DNA of 20,130 nucleotides from Promethearchaeota archaeon (GTDB lineage Archaea > Asgardarchaeota > Lokiarchaeia > Sigyniarchaeales > SOKP01): contig JBHLME010000082.1 in assembly GCA_048938445.1 (NCBI GenBank), positions 1 to 20,130 of the forward strand. The letters run 5' to 3'. The notes beneath the pieces were generated by a model. The model made no database searches, was not told the DNA's origin, and saw only the letters and a program-made list of their open reading frames with translations. Within the stretch, counting starts at the first letter, position 1. Each line of letters starts with the position of its first letter. Shown here piece by piece: positions 1 to 10,098 of the stretch. The translations under genes were made by a program, and so were the position numbers.

Positions 1-189
1 TCTAAAATTTCCTTAAAAATTTTTAATAATAATATAAAATTTTTTTTTAAAATCAATTTTCTTTAATGATCTTCTAATTTTTTTAAAATTCAAGAATTAA
101 ATTGATTTTTTAATAAATTGGTATAATTTAATTAATATTTATACAATGTGTATTGATTTTAAAAAGATAAAGAAAAAAAAGAAATTAAA

Positions 190-345
190 TCATTTCTTTT
201 TAGGTTTGAGTTGATTTCTTTGTATACCTACTTCTCTACTAGAAGGTATTGCCGTGCCACAATGGTCTCTTTTGGCTTCATTTGTTTTAAATGCTTTCTC
301 CAATTCGGCGTCTAATTCTTCATCGGTCATTTCTTTCTTTGTCAT
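190..345 (-). CDS. Small hypothetical protein, 51 aa (not in ORF track)
   Basis: Manual translation ATG(345) to TGA(190): MTKKEMTDEELDAELEKAFKTNEAKRDHCGTAIPSSREVGIQRNQLKPKKK. GC is higher than the flanks, the composition is protein-like, and a T-rich run follows the stop on the minus strand. Confidence 0.6.
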   Translation of the reverse strand: MTKKEMTDEELDAELEKAFKTNEAKRDHCGTAIPSSREVGIQRNQLKPKKK

Positions 346-438
346 AATATAAAATGAAGATCGTGAATATAAAAAGATTTTTTTTATAATTTATTGAGCT
401 TTAAGAAAAATGAAAAATAGAATTAAAAAAAAGATAAA

Positions 439-804
439 TTACAAATTTAACAAATAATCATGGACAGCATCAGTTTTCTCAACGGGTCTTCTTTCAGGTA
501 CCACAACATATTCCACACCCTTTTCATAAAAATCAGGACTCAGATATAAATTGCAATAACATGCACCAAATTCCTTGACATCTAAAGGAGCGTAGTCGCA
601 AGGACATATAAGATCTCTATCTAACTCTTTATTGCCTGTTGCGAGCCTACATGGACATGACTGATATCCATGAGTCTTTTTATTTTCGAGTAATCCATCA
701 ATTAAATCATTTAAAGTCATTTCATCCTTGTTTAGGATGTAATTATTTAATTCGCAAATCTTATTTATATATTCAATCATTCCTTCTCTCGTTTCCATGT
801 TCAT
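439..804 (-). CDS. Ferredoxin:thioredoxin reductase catalytic (beta) subunit-like protein
   Basis: The three FTR motifs are present: SCPCRL, ICPCDY and GACYCNLY (CPC/CPC/CxC; 4Fe-4S plus active-site disulfide). Lies 4 nt downstream of the glutaredoxin gene, with a GGAGG Shine-Dalgarno in the end of that gene. Confidence 0.93.
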   Translation of the reverse strand: MNMETREGMIEYINKICELNNYILNKDEMTLNDLIDGLLENKKTHGYQSCPCRLATGNKELDRDLICPCDYAPLDVKEFGACYCNLYLSPDFYEKGVEYVVVPERRPVEKTDAVHDYLLNL

Positions 805-808
805 TTCA

Positions 809-1129
809 TTAGTCCCCTCCTTTTAATATTTCCATGTATTTATTTGGATCATAGCCTACTACATGTCCCGATTCACACACTAAAAATGGATAGGAGATAC
901 GTTCTTGATAGGTGTTTCTCAAGTGGTCTAAAAGAATTACTTTATCTTTTGGATCAATTTTATCTACATCAATATATCTATATTTCATATTTTTCTCGTC
1001 TAAGAATCGCTTGCATTTTTTACACCACATACAAGTTGAAAGGGTAAATATAGTAATCTTTTCATTTACGCCGTTCTGTCCATCAACATCATTAGCGAGA
1101 TTCTCTATTAATTCTTCTGCTTTTGACAT
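809..1129 (-). CDS. Glutaredoxin/NrdH-like redoxin, partner of the FTR
   Basis: ITIFTLSTCMWCKKC active-site region, YRYIDVD, cis-Pro motif SYP and VVGYD. Operonic with the FTR catalytic subunit. Confidence 0.9.
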   Translation of the reverse strand: MSKAEELIENLANDVDGQNGVNEKITIFTLSTCMWCKKCKRFLDEKNMKYRYIDVDKIDPKDKVILLDHLRNTYQERISYPFLVCESGHVVGYDPNKYMEILKGGD

Positions 1130-1319
1130 GTTAATCTCTTTTTTTTACTCATAATATTGGATATTGTTATAATATTCAATTTTGATTTAAAAAAGTTTAT
1201 GCTTATAAATACTTAATATTTCAATAAAACTCAATAGACATATGAAATCTGAATTTACTCGATTAATCGATTTCTACGTTTCTAAAATTTAGATCATTAG
1301 TACAATGTTTTTAACTTAC

Positions 1320-1766
1320 TCATTTATTTTGTTTTAAATTTTCTTGCCAATGTGGATCTATACATCTTAGTGCCTCTTCAGTCATTTCCTTAATATCTGG
1401 CTCACAGGAATCATAAAGTAGTCCCAACTCAGACAAGGCTCTTTTATCGCTGATCTTCATTAAACTTTCAATGATAACAAATAATCTTTTTTTATCTGGC
1501 TCCTCTTTTTCATTTTCTTTTTTAAGAAATTCGATTATAGACATTGTAGCTTTTGCATTTTTAATCCGACCTAATGCTTCAATAATCCTATTGATAACGA
1601 CATCATCCTTTTCAATTTGTAATGCTCTCACCAATAAATTAATAGCCCTCCCTTGTTCCAAATGTCCAATTCTTCTTGCAGCTTCAGCTCTTTCTTCCCA
1701 TTTTTCGCTTCTGAAGAGATTTTTTATTAATTGATTATATTCATTTTCTTGAGTTTTTTGTTCCAT
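1320..1766 (-). CDS. HEAT-repeat (PBS-lyase-like) protein
   Basis: Repeated helical hairpin units: WEERAEAARRIG, VINRIIEALGRI, LFVIIESLMKI, IKEMTEEALRCI. Confidence 0.8.
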   Translation of the reverse strand: MEQKTQENEYNQLIKNLFRSEKWEERAEAARRIGHLEQGRAINLLVRALQIEKDDVVINRIIEALGRIKNAKATMSIIEFLKKENEKEEPDKKRLFVIIESLMKISDKRALSELGLLYDSCEPDIKEMTEEALRCIDPHWQENLKQNK

Positions 1767-1930
1767 CTTATCTTCATTTAAAGTATGAGAAAATTAGTAG
1801 TTGATGGTTATGATTTCAAAAAAATATCTCTAATTCAAGAATCATTTGTAATTATGTATAGAAGAAAATTAATAATTTATAGTTATAAAAAAAAATAGAA
1901 AATTTAAATATTTAAAGCAGTATTAAGCTA

Positions 1931-4141
<2,211 letters not shown>

Positions 4142-4156
4142 TCAAATTTGAATTCC

Positions 4157-4172
4157 ATCGATATTGTTCGAT
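4157..4172. promoter_or_regulatory. Putative operator, degenerate copy of the ATCGAACATGTTCGAT palindrome in the katG promoter
   Basis: ATCGATATTGTTCGAT matches the symmetric consensus at 13/16 with a perfect right half-site. It lies between a TATA-like TTTTAAATA (minus strand, 4187-4195) and the katG start. Confidence 0.4.
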
Positions 4173-4266
4173 TGTTATTGTCAAAATATTTAAAATTATT
4201 ATTTAACATTAATGCCTATAAATAATAAGTTTTCTCAATATTACACTGAAATTTATTCTAGAAGGT

Positions 4267-4353
4267 ATGTTAAAATATTTCTTTAAAGCTGTTAAAGAAT
4301 GGAGCAGTAAAGTCGCAAAAGGAATAAAAATAGAAGCCACTGTAGCAATTTAA
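4267..4353 (+). CDS. Possible 28-aa microprotein or C-terminal gene remnant
   Basis: ATG(4267) to TAA(4353): MLKYFFKAVKEWSSKVAKGIKIEATVAI. The frame is open from 4222, GC is above the flanking intergenic DNA, and T-runs follow the stop. Confidence 0.25.
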   Translation: MLKYFFKAVKEWSSKVAKGIKIEATVAI

Positions 4354-4478
4354 TTTTTAATTGTATCTTCATTTTTTTATTATTTTTAAATTTGAACTAT
4401 CAAATAGTTATAGAAAATGAAATAAAACTATTTATGTATACAATATATCTTTGATATAAGAGATATAGGAATTAATCT

Positions 4479-5525
4479 TTGTATGAGATTATGTCAGAAG
4501 AACTTCTAGTCTTGTCATATTTCGATGAAATATATGGACCATCAATATTTTATTGCAATGTCCCGTCTTTAAATGATCCCGATTATCCTAATTTAACTAG
4601 AGTATTAGATTTTAATGATGATGAAGGTACTTTTATTTTTGCTTTTAGAAAGTATCAATCGTTAAATCACCTTTTTTATAATGAAACAGAATTAGCTAGA
4701 GGTGGTAAAGATCTTTTAATGATCTCCTATATGGTTAAATCTGCATATTTCAGAAACGAAATCGTGGATGTATTCAAATATCTGGATTCTAAAAGGAAAG
4801 TTTTAATTAATTTTTCTTTAGAATTAAAAAAAATGAAACAATTACCCAAAATTTTACGTGAAAAGAAAAGAGATGCAAATAAACTCAATGAGCTTAATTT
4901 TAGGGATAAAAAATTTGAGAATAAATTTTTAAAACTCTATAATGAATACTTCGATGTAATCTCATACAAGCAATTTGAAAGAACCATTGGAGTAGATCAT
5001 GAATTTTCAAAGAAGATATTCATTTTAGGAACTCCTCATTCTGGAAAAACTTCTTTTTTAAAGAATATTGAAGATTCTCAATTTTACATGCAAAATAATC
5101 CAGGATTGCCAACTCAAATTTATGAACTAGTGATAGATAACTTGGCAATTCTTTCGTATGATTGTTTCGAACAAAAACTCCAATGTTCCCAATGTGAACA
5201 TTTAGGCGGATGTTTAGAAAATGCTCAAGGATTTGTAGTAGTTTTTGACGTAACTGATGAGAATTCGATCCTTTCTGCTAAAGAACATTTTCAATCAATT
5301 ATTAATAGTTGTGGTCTAATTGAGAGTGATAAAATACCTGTCTTAATTATTGGAAATAAACGAGCTGAAAGTGATGAATTCGATGATGACTACATTTTGA
5401 AGATATTTGAATTTGAAAACCTTGAATCTTGTGGAATGAAAATGAAATACTTTAAACTAAATATAGAAAAAGAAGGGAAAAATTTATTAAAATCATTGCG
5501 TTGGATGATTAAACACATGCTATAG
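4479..5525 (+). CDS. Longin/uDENN-like domain fused to a divergent Ras-superfamily small GTPase domain
   Basis: The N-terminus LVLSYFDEIYGPSIFY resembles the FD-x3-GP start of uDENN/NPRL2-type longins. The C-terminal domain has G1 KIFILGTPHSGKTS, AQGFVVVFDVT and G4-like IPVLIIGNKRA; G3 and G5 are degenerate. Start is TTG 4479 or ATG 4491. Confidence 0.8.
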   Translation: MYEIMSEELLVLSYFDEIYGPSIFYCNVPSLNDPDYPNLTRVLDFNDDEGTFIFAFRKYQSLNHLFYNETELARGGKDLLMISYMVKSAYFRNEIVDVFKYLDSKRKVLINFSLELKKMKQLPKILREKKRDANKLNELNFRDKKFENKFLKLYNEYFDVISYKQFERTIGVDHEFSKKIFILGTPHSGKTSFLKNIEDSQFYMQNNPGLPTQIYELVIDNLAILSYDCFEQKLQCSQCEHLGGCLENAQGFVVVFDVTDENSILSAKEHFQSIINSCGLIESDKIPVLIIGNKRAESDEFDDDYILKIFEFENLESCGMKMKYFKLNIEKEGKNLLKSLRWMIKHML

Positions 5526-5680
5526 TAGTTAACTTTTCTTTCTCTCCTCCTATAATGATAATCTATTTATAATATATAATAATTAAGTTCGATTTTTTAT
5601 GAAGTCTTTTTCATTAGGAATTGATTTTTTATATAAAATAAAAGTGAAACTTTTATGATTTCTAGATGATGGTTACTTAG

Positions 5681-7846
5681 GTGATCAACATAAAAAATAC
5701 AGCATGCTCGTCGACTTCATGTGATTTAGATCTTAAAAATGGAGAGGAAGAAGAAACCTTTTTTGAAGAACATTTCTGGTATTTTATCATTCCTTCTGCG
5801 ATTTTAATTGGTATCTCAATATTTTTAGAATTTACGTTTGAATTACTTATTATCTCTCAGATTCTCGCTTTTTCATCAATTTTTTTATCTAGTTATGGAA
5901 TAATAACTGAAGCAATTGATGATGTGCTGGATAAGAGAATTACCGCAAATATTCTTATGATTATAGCTGGTGTAGCTTCATTTTTCATTTTGCATGGACA
6001 AGAAGGTGCTACTGCAGTTCTTCTATATGCTATTGCGGAAAGATTAGAAGAAATTACTACTGATAAATCGAGAAATGCGATAAAACAGTTGTTGGAATTG
6101 ACTCCTGATGAGGCATTAATTAAAATAGATAATGGATATAAGCTCATTCCAACGAAAGAGGTAAAAAAGGGAGATTTCATCGGGATAAAATCTGGTATGA
6201 AAGTTCCGCTTGATGGTATTGTTATTAATGGAAAATCTTATTTTGATCAAAGTGCAATTACAGGGGAATCTATTCCTGTTTTTAAACAAGAAGGTGACGA
6301 AATTTTTGCTGCAAGTATAAATTCTGATAGTTTTATTGATATTGAAGTTACTAAAGAAAGTTCCAATACATTAGTTGCTCAAATTGCCGAAAGCGTGAGA
6401 ATTGCTCAACAAAATAGAAGTAAAAATGAAAAATTTATAGAAAAATTTGCGAGATATTATACACCTACCATTCTAATCTGCTCATTATTCGTAATGATCG
6501 TTCCTTCATTAATTTTTCGAGATTTCTACGATTGGTTTTATAGGGGATTGGTTTTATTAGTTGTTTCTTGCCCTTGTGCTCTAACACTCTCCACACCTCT
6601 CGCAAACATAGCTTCTTTAACAAAATTGGCTAGAGAGGGAATTTTAGTAAAGGGAAATCGTTTTATTGAAAAAATTGGTGAAATTAGGGTATTTGCATTT
6701 GATAAAACTGGAACACTAACGGAAGGTAGATTAAAAATTTTTGATATTATCCCCTATTCCATCTTAAATAGTAAAGAAATCATTAAACTTGCTGCAAGTT
6801 TAGAAGCGCTCTCAGAGCATCCAATAGGGAAGGCAATAGTAGATCAAGCCAGAAAAATGGATGTTATATTTCAATCTGTTGAAAATTTTGAAGTCATAAA
6901 AGGAAAGGGGATTAAAGGATATATAAATGGAGAATTAATGTATGTGGGAAGTCAGAAATATATTGAGGAACTTGATTTGGAAGTACCACTCAAGGATTTA
7001 GAGGAGATCGAAAAAGTTGGAACAATACCCATACTGCTAGCTAATGAAACTAGATTATTAGGTATAATTACAATAAGGGACGTTCTCCGCACTACTGCTC
7101 CAATTTTAATAGATGGCTTGAAAAAACGGGGTTATGAAACTGTTTTAATCTCGGGTGACAATCAATTAGCATGTAATTCTATTGGTGCTTGCTTAGATAT
7201 GGACTATACTTATGGTGAAAACTTACCCGACCAAAAACTAAAAAAAATCGAAGAATTAAAAAACCAACGAAAGGGGGTGGCAATGGTTGGTGACGGAATC
7301 AATGATGCTCCTGCCTTAGCTATATCAGACTTAGGCATCGCTATTGGGGCTTCGGCTACTGATATTACCATCGAGACTGCTGATATAATAGTAATTAATG
7401 ATGATTTAAAGAAGATTCTCACTTTTATTGATATAGCAAAAAAAACTAATAAAAAAATAAAACAAAACATTTGGACGTCTATTATTATTAAACTTACTTT
7501 TGCGGTGCTTACCGTTATCGGTCTAATGACTCTCTGGTTGGCCGTTGGAATCGGAGATATGGGTGTTTCCCTTTTAGTGCTTCTTAATGGAATGACAATT
7601 TTCCGTTATAACACTCTTTATAAAAATATACCTATTGAAGAAATAGAATCTGAAGCAAAATTGTTGATCTGTGAACATTGTGAAACCAAAAACATTATTC
7701 CGCAACATCACGGTAGAGATATGGTAAAAAAAGGAGATAAATTGATCTGCTGGAAGAATATTTTGAGAAGTGAAGAATTAGAAACTTGTGAGGAGCAATT
7801 ACCACTGGATTGTCCTTATTGTCAGAGTAAAATGATTGTTCAGTAA
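5681..7846 (+). CDS. Heavy-metal P1B-type ATPase, P1B-2 (Zn/Cd/Pb; ZntA/CadA-like), with C-terminal Cys/His-rich extension
   Basis: TGES, SCPCALTLS (CPC-x4-S), DKTGT, SEHP, GDGINDAP, TM7 N-x7-K (NIWTSIIIK) and TM8 DMG, which together match the P1B-2 signature. Confidence 0.93.
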   Translation: MINIKNTACSSTSCDLDLKNGEEEETFFEEHFWYFIIPSAILIGISIFLEFTFELLIISQILAFSSIFLSSYGIITEAIDDVLDKRITANILMIIAGVASFFILHGQEGATAVLLYAIAERLEEITTDKSRNAIKQLLELTPDEALIKIDNGYKLIPTKEVKKGDFIGIKSGMKVPLDGIVINGKSYFDQSAITGESIPVFKQEGDEIFAASINSDSFIDIEVTKESSNTLVAQIAESVRIAQQNRSKNEKFIEKFARYYTPTILICSLFVMIVPSLIFRDFYDWFYRGLVLLVVSCPCALTLSTPLANIASLTKLAREGILVKGNRFIEKIGEIRVFAFDKTGTLTEGRLKIFDIIPYSILNSKEIIKLAASLEALSEHPIGKAIVDQARKMDVIFQSVENFEVIKGKGIKGYINGELMYVGSQKYIEELDLEVPLKDLEEIEKVGTIPILLANETRLLGIITIRDVLRTTAPILIDGLKKRGYETVLISGDNQLACNSIGACLDMDYTYGENLPDQKLKKIEELKNQRKGVAMVGDGINDAPALAISDLGIAIGASATDITIETADIIVINDDLKKILTFIDIAKKTNKKIKQNIWTSIIIKLTFAVLTVIGLMTLWLAVGIGDMGVSLLVLLNGMTIFRYNTLYKNIPIEEIESEAKLLICEHCETKNIIPQHHGRDMVKKGDKLICWKNILRSEELETCEEQLPLDCPYCQSKMIVQ

Positions 7847-7943
7847 TTCTAATTTTTTTTATTTTAAAATATAACTTTATAAATAATAGCGTTTAATCTT
7901 ATTAAAACATAAATTATTCTTTTCTGTAATAAATCCGTGAATA

Positions 7944-8345
7944 ATGATGGAAAAATTAAAAAATAATATCGATAAATTGCATCGAATTTATCTAATTGTA
8001 TGTTTAATTGCTTTTATTAGTGCATGTATAAGTCAATTATTTTTACCAGAAATTATTGCCAACAATTCAGCATGGGTTTTCGCAGATGGATGGCAACGTG
8101 AAATAGGTATTTGGAATTTAGGGATTATTATTTTGATAATATATGCATTATGGGCTAAAAATGAACGGTTTAATATGATCATAACAATAAGTATTATCGT
8201 AATAACAAGTTTATTTGCTACAAACCATTTATATGGTGTTATTACTTACCAACCAGTTCAAATAGTTAATATTCTTTTTACAATACTCAACTATATTGCT
8301 GCAATTCTCGGTGTTGGAATAATCATCATTAAAAAGATTAAATAG
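7944..8345 (+). CDS. Small integral membrane protein (about 4 TM), possibly DUF6790-like
   Basis: Four hydrophobic segments and a conserved-looking GWQREIGIWNLG motif; the family assignment is tentative. Confidence 0.7.
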   Translation: MMEKLKNNIDKLHRIYLIVCLIAFISACISQLFLPEIIANNSAWVFADGWQREIGIWNLGIIILIIYALWAKNERFNMIITISIIVITSLFATNHLYGVITYQPVQIVNILFTILNYIAAILGVGIIIIKKIK

Positions 8346-8413
8346 TATTTAAATTACTTTTTTTAGAATTATACTCTAAAACTTTATTTTATAACAAATG
8401 TTCATAGTTACCT

Positions 8414-8710
8414 ATGACTGAAATGCAAATACCATTGATAATTACCAAAGAAGGATGCCATCGATGTCATGAATTAAAGGAATGGCTTAATAATAATAAA
8501 GTTTCATATATCGAGAAAGACCTTGAAGACCAAGAATTCATTCATCAACTTTTACATGATAATAATTTTGTTGGAACGTTTTGTGATGAAAATGAATGCA
8601 TAGTGAATACACCCGTGGTAATTCATAAAGGAAAATATTGGTTTAAGGAATTATGGGGTATTTCTGGATTAAAAGAGAAACAAGCTAAAAAATTATTTGA
8701 TGTCAAATAA
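8414..8710 (+). CDS. Glutaredoxin-like protein with an extra cysteine pair
   Basis: IITKEGCHRCHELKEWL (CxxC), YIEKDL, cis-Pro motif NTPVVI, and additional FCDENEC. Confidence 0.8.
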   Translation: MTEMQIPLIITKEGCHRCHELKEWLNNNKVSYIEKDLEDQEFIHQLLHDNNFVGTFCDENECIVNTPVVIHKGKYWFKELWGISGLKEKQAKKLFDVK

Positions 8711-8729
8711 ATTTTTTTATTTTTTTATT
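8711..8729 (+). terminator. Oligo-T tract, putative archaeal intrinsic terminator between convergent genes
   Basis: Two T7 runs immediately follow the TAA at 8710, in the gap between convergent genes. Confidence 0.4.
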
Positions 8730-8757
8730 ATCTTCCATAAATAAGTAAATTATATTT

Positions 8758-9348
8758 TCAATCCCTAAATTCGGCCATTCTTTTTATAACTTTCCGAATT
8801 GTCCGTAAGCCCTCTTCATCAGCTTCAATACCTTTTCTACCTTGATCTCTTGTCCATAAACTCGCTCCTAAATTCGCTCCAAAAGCGCCTCCTGAAACAC
8901 AGATAACATGATTTTGCTGGAAAAAATCAAATATTGTCCGAATTGCGATTTCTTGCCCCCCGCTCCGATCGCCACCTACGGCTAATGCAGCACCGATTTT
9001 ATCCTTAAATACATCTGAATTTCGTGCAATTAAAGCCCTACAACGATCCATTACCGTTTTTAATTGCCCAGATAAATTTCCTTGAAATACTGGTGTTCCA
9101 AAAAGTAAAAATTTTGCCTCCTCAATTTTAGGATATAAATCTACCAAGTTATCTATATGCATACAACCTTTTTTTTCTCGAATGCAATAATCACAATGTA
9201 TGCAAAATTTAATGTTTTTTCCTCTCACGGTCCAAAATTCTGTTTCAAACCCAAATTTCTTCGATGCATATTCTAAAGCATACTTGATTGCATGCTCCGT
9301 TCCTTGATTTCGCGGACTTCCACATACTCCTAATAATTTGTCAACCAT
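8758..9348 (-). CDS. Iron-sulfur flavoprotein (Isf)/NAD(P)H-dependent FMN reductase family
   Basis: GSPRNQGT FMN loop, compact Cys motif CIHCDYC-x6-C, GTPVF, LKTVMDR and GGDRSGGQE. Confidence 0.92.
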   Translation of the reverse strand: MVDKLLGVCGSPRNQGTEHAIKYALEYASKKFGFETEFWTVRGKNIKFCIHCDYCIREKKGCMHIDNLVDLYPKIEEAKFLLFGTPVFQGNLSGQLKTVMDRCRALIARNSDVFKDKIGAALAVGGDRSGGQEIAIRTIFDFFQQNHVICVSGGAFGANLGASLWTRDQGRKGIEADEEGLRTIRKVIKRMAEFRD

Positions 9349-9422
9349 GAGATCATAAATCTTTTTTGCTATTTATTATATTCTTATTAAACGTACTTAT
9401 TTTAAAATAATATTTTTTTATA

Positions 9423-10076
9423 ATGGATGTCAATAGACCTTCACTAGCAAGGATTAAGATCAAATTTCCCGATAGTATTTGGATTTCAGAAGTTTTCAAG
9501 CAATTCCCTGACATAAAAATGCAAATTTCATATTTCCTCCCTTACGATTTAGAAAAATCAATAGGAAACGCCATTATAGAAATATTATATCACGATATTG
9601 ATTCAATAATGGAAATAATAGAAAATCATCCATCTATATATGAAATGAGTATTATGGAACGGGAAGAAACTCGAGTAAATTTTAACATTAAAACTAAAGA
9701 TCCATACTTATTATATGCTATCATTAAATGTGGAGTGCTCGTAAATTTCCCCATAAATGTTAGAGAAGGCCATGCTTTTTGGAAGTTGATTGCCACGAGA
9801 GAGAGGATAGACCAATTATTAACTATTTTTGAGGAAAAGAATATCAAATTCGAATTATTACGTATTGGTAAATCTCCTTATAATCTTGAAGAGCATGAAA
9901 ACAAATTAACTTTAGAAGAATCTCGAGTTTTAGAAAAAGCAATAGAAATGGGTTTTTTTGAGATACCAAGAAAAATATCTCTAGAGGAATTAGCGGATAA
10001 TCTAGGAAAATCTAAATCGGCACTCTCAGTAATGTTAAGAAAAATTATCAAAAAGAAGATTGTAGTTGTAGAGTAA
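9423..10076 (+). CDS. Archaeal HTH_10 (Bat/DmsR/NarO-like) transcriptional regulator
   Basis: C-terminal LT...VLEKAIEMGFFEIPRKISLEELADNLGKSKSALSVMLRK is a typical HTH_10 signature, preceded by an N-terminal putative sensor domain. Divergent from the Isf gene. Confidence 0.92.
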   Translation: MDVNRPSLARIKIKFPDSIWISEVFKQFPDIKMQISYFLPYDLEKSIGNAIIEILYHDIDSIMEIIENHPSIYEMSIMEREETRVNFNIKTKDPYLLYAIIKCGVLVNFPINVREGHAFWKLIATRERIDQLLTIFEEKNIKFELLRIGKSPYNLEEHENKLTLEESRVLEKAIEMGFFEIPRKISLEELADNLGKSKSALSVMLRKIIKKKIVVVE

Positions 10077-10098
10077 AAAATTAGAGAAAAAATGATAA

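Noticed and set aside
801-811. Mini-ORF ATG-AAA-TGA overlapping both the grx stop (TAATG) and the FTR start (ATGA) on the minus strand
   Set aside because: It could be a translational-coupling relay, but it is only two codons and easily coincidental, and a Shine-Dalgarno already explains FTR initiation.
1259-1293. Palindromes TCGATTAATCGA (1259-1270) and TCTAAA-A-TTTAGA (1281-1293) between the HEAT gene and grx
   Set aside because: Single occurrences with no second copy seen; cannot be distinguished from chance.
844-1734. Plus-strand ORFs 844-1047, 912-1154 and 1471-1734
   Set aside because: Antisense shadows of the glutaredoxin and HEAT-repeat genes, with Ser/Phe/Ile-rich composition and no motifs.
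8391-8406. ATGTTC half-site upstream of the second glutaredoxin (and GTTCGAT at 5587-5593 upstream of the ATPase)
   Set aside because: Only half-sites (about 9/16 to the consensus at 8391-8406), too weak to include in the regulon.
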